Positions 7,930 through 14,862 of a stretch of 14,862 nucleotides of DNA are shown one piece after another. The DNA is from Abditibacteriaceae bacterium (GTDB lineage: Bacteria > Armatimonadota > Abditibacteriia > Abditibacteriales > Abditibacteriaceae), in the NCBI GenBank assembly GCA_031372065.1, contig JANMKN010000206.1, positions 1-14,862 of the forward strand, given 5' to 3'. The position numbers and the translations under genes were made by a program. The notes under the pieces are model-generated. The model searched no databases. It was given only the letters and a program-made list of their open reading frames with translations, and was not told where the DNA came from. Within the stretch, counting starts at the first letter, position 1. Each line of letters starts with the position of its first letter.

Positions 7930-8093
7930 TTGTCATTCCGAGTGAAAAGGCGCGGGTGCGACGCGATTTTGTCGCGCCGAACCTTGGAATCGAGGAATCT
8001 CGCCGTTTTTCGAGCCACAGAAAGATTCTTCGATCCTGCCCAGAGGGCACCCGTTTTCTTGCCGAGACAAGAAAACTCCGCTCACAATGACAA
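7930..8093. repeat. Composite REP-like/MITE-like palindromic element (TGTCATT...GAATCT / AGATTC...AATGACA type)
   Basis: Outer IR ttgtcattccgagtgaa vs revcomp ttgtcattgtgagcgga (13/17); inner IR tcgaggaatct 7990-8000 / agattcttcga 8023-8033 (10/11). Confidence 0.75.
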
Positions 8094-8200
8094 CTCTTCT
8101 GCTCTTTAGAATTCTCATGCGATTGCCTGCTCCACAAGTAGCACTTTGGCTCGTTTATTAGGCAATCTGATAACCTTTGATTGGTTATATAGAAACATCA

Positions 8201-10294
8201 ATGGAGTCCGCCGCTTCTTCCTCGCCACAGCAACTATATTCAGCGCCACAGAGCCTTTCTGATCGGCAAATCGCGGACAGCCTGCCGCAACTCGTGTGGA
8301 CTTGCACGCCTGAGGGCGATTGCGATTACCTGAGCCGTCAATGGGTGGAATATACCGGCATTCCCGAACGCGACCAATTAAAATTTGGCTGGCTGCAGCA
8401 AGTCCATCCCGATGACCGCGCCAATGTCATCGGCACTTGGAACCAAAGCGCGGCAGCGGGTAAGAATCTTGATATTGAATTTCGCATTCGTCGTTTCGAT
8501 GGCGTTTATCGCTGGTTCAAAACGCGCGCCGTGCCGGTGCGCGATGCCGATCATAAAATCCTGCGTTGGTTTGGCAGCAACACCGACATCGAAGATTTAA
8601 AACAAGCAGAGACCGCGTTGCGCGAAAGCGAAGAATTGTTTCGTGCCACCTTTGATCAAGCCGCTGTGGGCATCGCGCACGTTTCCACAGATAACTATTT
8701 ATTGCGCGTCAATCAAAAGCTGTGCGACATTTTGGGCTACACGCGCGAAGAATTGCTGCAACTGAGCTTTACAAACATCACTTGGCCGGAGGATGCCGAC
8801 CTGCATATTGCACAAAATGCCGATTTGCTGGCCGGTAAAACCGAAAGTATGCGCCTTGAAAAGCGTTATATTCACAAAAACGGCAGACCTCTTTGGGCCA
8901 ATGTCACCGTGTCGCTGCGTCGCAACGCCGATGGTTCGCCGCGTTATTATATTTCGGTGCTGGAAGACATTTCCGGGCGCAAACGCGCCGAGGAATCGCT
9001 GCAACTTTTGGCGCGCACCGGCCAAACGTTAGGCGCCACCTTGGACGCGGATGAGACCGTGCGCGAATTAATAGATTTACTGCTGCCGCATTGGGCTGAT
9101 TGGGCCAGCGTTCAATACATCAAAGAAAGCGAAACGGGCACTGTCATTCGCAACGTCGCCATGCGCCATGTGGATGCGCGCAAAGACGCCATTGGTCTTG
9201 AATTAGTCAATCGTTTTGCCGGTGATGCGGTGGCGACCGCGCCGTTTTTAGCGACTTTGCGCCAAGGGGCACGGTTAATTGCCGACCCCGGCCCCGATTA
9301 CATGATTGCGCCTGATGCCGATCCCGAATTTGCCCGTTTAATTCGCTCGCTTGAAATCAAATCGGCCATCCTGATGCCTCTTTTGTCGCATACCGAGAAA
9401 GACATTGAGGGAAAACCACGCTTATTGGGCGCGTTTGCCTGCCATATTACCGAGTCAAACAGGCACTACGATGAGCAGGACTTGGCTCTTTTCAAGGAAA
9501 TCGGACACCGCGTGAGCGTTGCCATTGACCACGCGAATTTGTATGCCGATGCCCAAGTCGCCCGCCACGCTGCGGAAGACGCCAATCGCGCCAAAGACGA
9601 ATTTCTTTCCATTGTCTCGCACGAACTGCGCACGCCCTTGACACCGGTGGTCGGTTGGGTGGGCCTGCTGCGTCATGAGATGGACGAACAACTCAGAAAC
9701 GAGGCGTTGGATGTGATTGAGCGCAACTTGAATATGCAAGTAAAGATCGTGAATGATATTCTCGACACCTCGCGCATCACATCCGGCAAACTTAGTTTGC
9801 ACCCGAAAATCCTCTCGCTTGTGCCGCTGGTTCAAGAATCGCTCGAAGCCGTGCAAGATCAAGCCAAAGCCAAAGCAGTGGCACTTTTCTTTTCCCACCC
9901 GGCGCAGGACATCTTCGTGGACGGAGATGCCCTGCGATTGCGTCAGATCGTTTGGAATTTACTAAGCAACGCCATAAAATTCACGCCCTCTATGGGCCGC
10001 ATTGAGCTACAAATCCGCTGCCCTGAAAGAGTTGACTCAACCAAGCCATCCTCTGTCGAAATCATCGTGCGCGATAATGGCATCGGCATCAAGCCGGAGT
10101 TCCTGCCGCACGTTTTCGAGCGCTTCCTGCAAGCCGATTCCTCTTACACGCGCCAGCATGGAGGCCTTGGTTTGGGCCTGAATATCGTGCGCCATCTGAC
10201 CGAAATGCACGGCGGCACGGTGCAAGCCGAAAGTCCCGGCGAAAATCAGGGTGCTACTTTCACCGTGCGTCTGCCACAGTGCGCCAATCAATGA
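8201..10294 (+). CDS. Cytoplasmic PAS-PAS-GAF sensor histidine kinase (HisKA + HATPase_c), no receiver domain
   Basis: PAS motifs [19 protein letters not shown] and [13 protein letters not shown]-box SHELRTPL; N-box [11 protein letters not shown]1 DNGIGI; G2 GGLGLGL. Start could be ATG 8201 or TTG 8177. Confidence 0.92.
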   Translation: MESAASSSPQQLYSAPQSLSDRQIADSLPQLVWTCTPEGDCDYLSRQWVEYTGIPERDQLKFGWLQQVHPDDRANVIGTWNQSAAAGKNLDIEFRIRRFDGVYRWFKTRAVPVRDADHKILRWFGSNTDIEDLKQAETALRESEELFRATFDQAAVGIAHVSTDNYLLRVNQKLCDILGYTREELLQLSFTNITWPEDADLHIAQNADLLAGKTESMRLEKRYIHKNGRPLWANVTVSLRRNADGSPRYYISVLEDISGRKRAEESLQLLARTGQTLGATLDADETVRELIDLLLPHWADWASVQYIKESETGTVIRNVAMRHVDARKDAIGLELVNRFAGDAVATAPFLATLRQGARLIADPGPDYMIAPDADPEFARLIRSLEIKSAILMPLLSHTEKDIEGKPRLLGAFACHITESNRHYDEQDLALFKEIGHRVSVAIDHANLYADAQVARHAAEDANRAKDEFLSIVSHELRTPLTPVVGWVGLLRHEMDEQLRNEALDVIERNLNMQVKIVNDILDTSRITSGKLSLHPKILSLVPLVQESLEAVQDQAKAKAVALFFSHPAQDIFVDGDALRLRQIVWNLLSNAIKFTPSMGRIELQIRCPERVDSTKPSSVEIIVRDNGIGIKPEFLPHVFERFLQADSSYTRQHGGLGLGLNIVRHLTEMHGGTVQAESPGENQGATFTVRLPQCANQ

Positions 10295-10301
10295 ACACGC
10301 C

Positions 10302-12977
10302 TCACTTCGCGTTCTCCATCTTCAAATCATCCACATAAAACACTGTTTTCTCCGTCGCGTTGCTGACAAAACCGAGCCATGTCAGCGTTTTGAAATCCTT
10401 GCTGCCCAGTGGCAACGCGTCGAAGCGCTTTGTTTCTTGACCGGGCACCGTTACAGCTAAGTTCCACGTTCCATTTTGCGCCGCGCCGAGGCCGCAAGTG
10501 ATTTGGTATTGAACCCAAATGCCCGTGGGAATCGCCATTAATTCTTTGCCAGCCGCGAAAAGTTTGCCGTCGTGAATTGTAAGGCTTGGCCCGGTTTGAT
10601 AAGGCTGACTACCCGGCCAGTCGCGCCATTCGTGATAGACATTGGCGCCGGTTTCCATGCGCAGAAAGAACGAGCAAGTCGAAAGGCCCTCGCGGTGCGC
10701 CGGGTTAATCACTAAATGCGGGCTGAAAGGGAACTGCAACGCAGGAGCATCGGTGAATTTGAGGCTGCGCTTGCCTGAGGCGGCGGCTTCTTCGCTGACG
10801 GCGATGCTGTCGCCTTTGCTTTCCTTGTTGGTTTGCGCGCCGGGCATTTCGTTGCCGACAGGCACACGCTCGAAATTTTCGCTGATGTTCAATGGCGGCG
10901 CAGGCGGAGGCTCAGGAGCGAAGCGCACGGGCGCATAAACGTAAGTGGCGGCCAGTTTTTTCCACGCCGCGTCGCCGTAAACGCCCGCTTGGGTGTAATC
11001 AAACGGCTTGAAACCGCTTTTTAGCGCGGGTGAATTGGCTTTGAGATGAAAGTCGCCCTTTTCGGGCGTAACAAACAGCGGGTCACCAACCAAGGAGCCG
11101 TCATCTTTGCCGCCCGCTTGCCAATCCGCGAGCGTTTTGCCGGAAAAATCTACTGGGGCGGCGCTGTTCCAATACAAATTGTGGTCAAGTTTGACGTTGG
11201 CATCGTTCCACGAGCCGTTGAACAGGTTACTTTGATTCCACAGCACGATATTGTGGGCGAAGGTGAAGGATAAATGATCTTCGACACGCGAGCGTTGCAA
11301 CTGACCGTCCATGCTAAACGCAAAAATGTTGTTGCGAACCACGTTTTCCTTGCCGTAATGCTGATGGAAACCGCCGGTTTTGGTGTTGTAAACCAGATTG
11401 TTTTCCAAAGTAATGCCGCTGGAGCCTTCGTCGGTGTAAAGTCCCCAGCCGCCGCGCCCGGATTTATCGTAGGAATAGACATCATGAATCACATTATTGG
11501 AAACGCTCGTGCCTTCGCTTGGCCCCAAGGTGTAAACGCCGCCCATATCGGATAAAAGGCCCTGCCCAATGTGATGAATATGGTTGAATTCGATCTTGTT
11601 GCGCTTGGCAACACTCGGCGCGTAGCCCCAACGCCAGCCGACGGAAACGCCGGTGTAAAACAGATCGCTGATGTCGTTGTGCGTGATTTGATTGTCGCCG
11701 CTGTGACCGATCCACACGCCGATGCAACCGGGAAAAAGGCGCCCGCCGCCGCGAATAATGTTGTTGTCGGCGATGTTAAACGCCGTCACATCGGCGCCTT
11801 GCGGCATTTCGTTCTGCCAACCTTCGCCGATGCGAAGGCCACCCGCACCGAGATCGTGTAAATAGGTGTGTTCAATGCGATTATTGGTGCAGCCTTTGCG
11901 AAACCACACGCCATAAAGCCCGACATGGCCGATTTCGCAGTCGCTGATGCTGATATTCTTGGCATAATCGGCCTGAATAACCGCCGGAATGCTTTGCGCG
12001 GCCTGTCCATCGCCTTGTCCTTGCGGCGGTAGGATGTAACCGGCGTGACCAAAGGTCAAACCTTTGAAAGAAATGTTGCTAACCGGCTTATCAACGCTGC
12101 CTTCGATGCGAACAAACTGCTCGGTGACGGGCACAATGACTTCGGCTTTGCTCATGTTTTCGCCGGGTAGCGGGTTATAAAGCAACGTATTGCCATCACG
12201 AAACCATTCGCCGGGCGCATCGAGCGCGGCGCGGAGGTTTTCTATGTGGTAACGCTGTGTCGGCGTCCATTCCATCAATTTCCACGGCGCGTCGCCGGTT
12301 AAAATCACCGTGCCGGTTGCTTCATCAACCGACGCCACGCGATGGCGCGATACTTCCCACGAATGATACAGCACAACCGTCACGTCATTGAGGTTTTTGG
12401 CGTCTTTCAAGCCCGCTACGTCTTCGGGACGCGCTTTGAACGCGCGTTTGGACAGATCGGCGTCCTTGCCGCTTTGCGGATCGGTGCCGTAAGGCACCTT
12501 GCCGGTGCTGTAAAAGTAAAACTCGTTCGGTGTGCGCGCTCTTACGGCGCGTTTGCCGTTGACCCAAAGCTGCTCAAAGGAGCCGATATTGGCCGGCAAA
12601 GGCATCGCCCACGTTTTGCCGCCGCTTCCTGCCGCAGTTTTGAAAGCGCCTTGAGGTAAAATCACGCCGCCATTGAAGATAGGCTTGCTATTCGGCGCGG
12701 CTTCGTAAGAAATCGGCGCGTTATCGCTGCCACTATCCTCGCCAGTCAAAACAAGCGGCTCATGTATCGAATAAAGGCCGCCGCCAATCAACACGCGCAC
12801 CGGGCCATTGAGTTTGCCCGCCGCTTTCATTTTGCGCAGGGCGTCGCGAGCGCCTTGCAGAGTGGCGAATGGGCCGCTGCCGCCGTCTTTGCCGCTTGGC
12901 GCGACGGCAATTGTGGTCTGCGCTTGCGTTGTGATGGCCCAAAGCGCGCCCCAAATCAATAAAAAACTGCTTTTCAT
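10302..12977 (-). CDS. Secreted right-handed beta-helix glycoside hydrolase-like protein (GH141-like) with C-terminal beta-sandwich domain
   Basis: Signal peptide [81 protein letters not shown]; many NNxI repeats; Pro linker [14 protein letters not shown] lies 8 nt before ATG 12977. The GH141 label is from motif recall. Confidence 0.8.
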   Translation of the reverse strand: MKSSFLLIWGALWAITTQAQTTIAVAPSGKDGGSGPFATLQGARDALRKMKAAGKLNGPVRVLIGGGLYSIHEPLVLTGEDSGSDNAPISYEAAPNSKPIFNGGVILPQGAFKTAAGSGGKTWAMPLPANIGSFEQLWVNGKRAVRARTPNEFYFYSTGKVPYGTDPQSGKDADLSKRAFKARPEDVAGLKDAKNLNDVTVVLYHSWEVSRHRVASVDEATGTVILTGDAPWKLMEWTPTQRYHIENLRAALDAPGEWFRDGNTLLYNPLPGENMSKAEVIVPVTEQFVRIEGSVDKPVSNISFKGLTFGHAGYILPPQGQGDGQAAQSIPAVIQADYAKNISISDCEIGHVGLYGVWFRKGCTNNRIEHTYLHDLGAGGLRIGEGWQNEMPQGADVTAFNIADNNIIRGGGRLFPGCIGVWIGHSGDNQITHNDISDLFYTGVSVGWRWGYAPSVAKRNKIEFNHIHHIGQGLLSDMGGVYTLGPSEGTSVSNNVIHDVYSYDKSGRGGWGLYTDEGSSGITLENNLVYNTKTGGFHQHYGKENVVRNNIFAFSMDGQLQRSRVEDHLSFTFAHNIVLWNQSNLFNGSWNDANVKLDHNLYWNSAAPVDFSGKTLADWQAGGKDDGSLVGDPLFVTPEKGDFHLKANSPALKSGFKPFDYTQAGVYGDAAWKKLAATYVYAPVRFAPEPPPAPPLNISENFERVPVGNEMPGAQTNKESKGDSIAVSEEAAASGKRSLKFTDAPALQFPFSPHLVINPAHREGLSTCSFFLRMETGANVYHEWRDWPGSQPYQTGPSLTIHDGKLFAAGKELMAIPTGIWVQYQITCGLGAAQNGTWNLAVTVPGQETKRFDALPLGSKDFKTLTWLGFVSNATEKTVFYVDDLKMENAK

Positions 12978-12999
12978 GAGCAAATTCCTTCGACTGTTT

Positions 13000-13005
13000 T
13001 ATAAT
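13000..13005 (+). promoter_or_regulatory. Putative sigma70 -10 box for a leaderless transcript
   Basis: Perfect TATAAT 7 nt upstream of ATG 13013; no SD between them; no clear -35. Confidence 0.5.
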
Positions 13006-13012
13006 GCTTGCT

Positions 13013-13879
13013 ATGAATTATGACATCGAACCCTTGGCAAACGCTCATTGCGGCACCGGAGAGAACCCTTTATGGGATGCAGACAAGCGTTTAATCTATT
13101 GGGAAGACATTCCCAATGGCCGCGTCTTCAAATTGAACGTGGATACGCTCGAATGGAGCAAAATTTACGACGGCCCTGTGGTTGGCGGCTTCACTTTGCA
13201 AGAAGATGGGCGCCTTTTGCTCTTTCGCGAGAACGAATTCGGTCTTTTACACGACGATGGCAGCGTTCAAAGCCTTGCGCAGAACCTTTTTCCTGAAACC
13301 GGACGCTTCAACGACGTGATGGCCGACCCTTTTGGCGGCGTTATCGCCGGAACAATGGGCCGCGAACGAGGTTTGAACGGCGGCGTGTTTCATTTCGCCG
13401 CCGATGGCAGCGCTACACAGCTTTGGACAGGCACTGCTTGCTCCAATGGCATGGGTTATTCGCCCGACCACAAGACTTTTTATTGGACGAACACCACTGG
13501 CAAAACTATTTTCGCCTTTGACCACGACATCAGCAGCGGTCATTTGACTAACGCGCGCGCTTTTATTCAAGTGCCGATTGGCGAAGGCTCTCCCGACGGC
13601 ATGGTAGTGGATGTCAACGGCGAAATTTGGTCTGCGCGCTACGGTGGCGCCGGTATCTTTCACTATGATCTCGCCGGAAAGCTCATCGAGAAGATCAATT
13701 TACCCGTTCCAAGCATTACCTCGCTGATTTTTGGCGATGACGACCTGCAAACTCTCTATATTACTACCGCTGGCGGCAAAGACGACGCCGATACAGCCGA
13801 TGGCACACTCTATCGCACGCGACTGAACGTCAAAGGCCAGCCTGAATATCGCTCTCGCATCCATTTACCCGCGCCTTGA
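13013..13879 (+). CDS. SMP-30/gluconolactonase/LRE family protein (sugar lactonase-like)
   Basis: GENPLWD, RFND, SNGMGYSPD, PDGMVVD, LYITTA motifs with metal ligands E/N/N/D apparently present. Alternative start is ATG 13004. Confidence 0.92.
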   Translation: MNYDIEPLANAHCGTGENPLWDADKRLIYWEDIPNGRVFKLNVDTLEWSKIYDGPVVGGFTLQEDGRLLLFRENEFGLLHDDGSVQSLAQNLFPETGRFNDVMADPFGGVIAGTMGRERGLNGGVFHFAADGSATQLWTGTACSNGMGYSPDHKTFYWTNTTGKTIFAFDHDISSGHLTNARAFIQVPIGEGSPDGMVVDVNGEIWSARYGGAGIFHYDLAGKLIEKINLPVPSITSLIFGDDDLQTLYITTAGGKDDADTADGTLYRTRLNVKGQPEYRSRIHLPAP

Positions 13880-14085
13880 ACCCATTTACTGGGCCTTGGA
13901 ACCTATTTCCCGGCCCTTGGAACCCATTTCCCGGCCCTCGGAACCCATTTACTGGCCTTTGGAACCCATTTACTGGGCCTCGGAACCCATTTACCCGTCC
14001 TTGGAAGCCATTTACTGGCCTTTGGAAGCCATTTCCCGGCCTTTGGAAGCCATTTACTGGCCTTTGGAAGCTATTTACTGGCCTT
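13876..14085. repeat. 21-bp tandem array, 10 units, consensus TGGAASCCATTTACTGGCCTT
   Basis: Units start at 13876 and then every 21 bp to 14065; a partial 11th unit starts at 14086. Confidence 0.97.
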
Positions 14086-14120
14086 TGGAACCGATTAATT
14101 TGTAAATTAATCGGTTCCAA
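14085..14120. repeat. Perfect 17-bp inverted repeat with 2-nt spacer
   Basis: TTGGAACCGATTAATTT-GT-AAATTAATCGGTTCCAA. Confidence 0.95.
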
Positions 14121-14133
14121 GCACGGAAAAACG

Positions 14134-14766
14134 ATGAAGACTGTTAGATTTTTACAAATTGCGGGCGTCGCAATGGCGCTTGTGACGGCGATTTCGTGCC
14201 GTCCGGGGCCGAAATTGGTGCAAGCAGCGCCCAAACCGGCCTCGAATGCCGCGAAAATCGTTTCGGCGGCGCGGAAACAAGTCGGCACGGCTTATACACA
14301 GGATTACTATTCGCTGAAATATCCCGGCGGCGACCCACCAAAAGATCGCGGCGCCTGCACAGACGTTATCATTCGCGCCCTGCGAGCCACCGGGCGCGAT
14401 TTACAGCAGTTAATGCACGAAGATATGAAGAAAAACTTCGAAAAATACCCGTCAAAGAAGAAATGGGGCCTAACGCGCACCGATAAAAACATTGACCACC
14501 GCCGCGTGGCCAATCAGATGGTGTTTTTTCGTCGCTTCGGCAGCGAATTAACGAAAGAAATCTCGTCAAAAAGCCGCGCTCAATGGCGCGCGGGCGATAT
14601 TGTCTGCTGGGATTTGAACGGCAACGCCCTGACGCACACTGGCATCGTTTCCGACAAGCAAAACGCGCAAGGTTGGCCGCTGGTCATTCATAATATCGGC
14701 GGCTGCCGCGAAGATAATTCGCTCACCGCGTGGAAAATCATCGGCCACTTTCGTTATCCGAAGTAG
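14134..14766 (+). CDS. DUF1287 (YijF-like) lipoprotein, 210 aa
   Basis: MKTVRFLQIAGVAMALVTAISC signal/lipobox; YPGGDPP..RGACTDVIIRALR, DKNIDHRRV.NQ, GDIV.W, HTGIVSD, LVIHNIG. Confidence 0.88.
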   Translation: MKTVRFLQIAGVAMALVTAISCRPGPKLVQAAPKPASNAAKIVSAARKQVGTAYTQDYYSLKYPGGDPPKDRGACTDVIIRALRATGRDLQQLMHEDMKKNFEKYPSKKKWGLTRTDKNIDHRRVANQMVFFRRFGSELTKEISSKSRAQWRAGDIVCWDLNGNALTHTGIVSDKQNAQGWPLVIHNIGGCREDNSLTAWKIIGHFRYPK

Positions 14767-14817
14767 GTTTGGCGCCGCGTGAGAAGCGAGAGAGTAAGAA
14801 AAGCGTAATTTCCCTCC

Positions 14818-14835
14818 CATAGTCATCAACTTAAG
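14818..14835 (+). mobile_element. Possible terminal inverted repeat of an IS4-family (IS231 group) element or MITE, truncated by the window end
   Basis: CATAGTCATCAACTTAAG resembles the IS231 end as I recall it (CATnnnCATCAACTTAAG). No partner end or transposase is in the window. Confidence 0.4.
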
Positions 14836-14862
14836 CCCCTCACCCCCGGCCTCCTGCCCAGA

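Noticed and set aside
7743..8137. Several 60-96 aa ORFs in the methyltransferase-kinase intergenic region
   Set aside because: They overlap the palindromic repeat element on both strands, have no SD and show no protein-like motifs.
13831..13840. CAAAGGCCAG in the lactonase 3' end is complementary to CTGGCCTTTG in array 2 units
   Set aside because: Only 10 nt and within coding sequence; cannot be distinguished from chance.
13876..14085. CRISPR array
   Set aside because: Units are contiguous 21-mers without unique spacers, and there are no cas genes. The same applies to 854-1030.

Overview
Bacterial genomic window with roughly 55% GC by eye. The gene repertoire suggests Armatimonadota/Abditibacteriota or a PVC-like organism (inference only): H-X9-DG/DUF1559 prepilin-like paralogs, a large VWA/GATase-like membrane protein and beta-helix glycoside hydrolase-like proteins. 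It opens with an in-frame join between a MnmG (GidA) C-terminal fragment and an unrelated beta-helix ORF, probably an assembly chimera. Next is a minus-strand cluster: RsmC-like methyltransferase, NHL lipoprotein, divergent pyrophosphatase, two tandem DUF1559 paralogs and the VWA protein. Then follow an orphan PAS-PAS-GAF histidine kinase, a GH141-like beta-helix enzyme divergent from an SMP-30 lactonase, and a DUF1287 lipoprotein. The most unusual signals are non-genic: two unrelated 21-bp tandem arrays just downstream of stop codons (one folds into three hairpins, the other ends in a perfect 17-bp inverted repeat), a 7-bp repeat tract inside a CDS, a nested REP-like element and a possible IS231-type end at the right edge. 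I see no CRISPR array, rRNA or tRNA, and no clearly new multi-gene system can be established from sequence alone.
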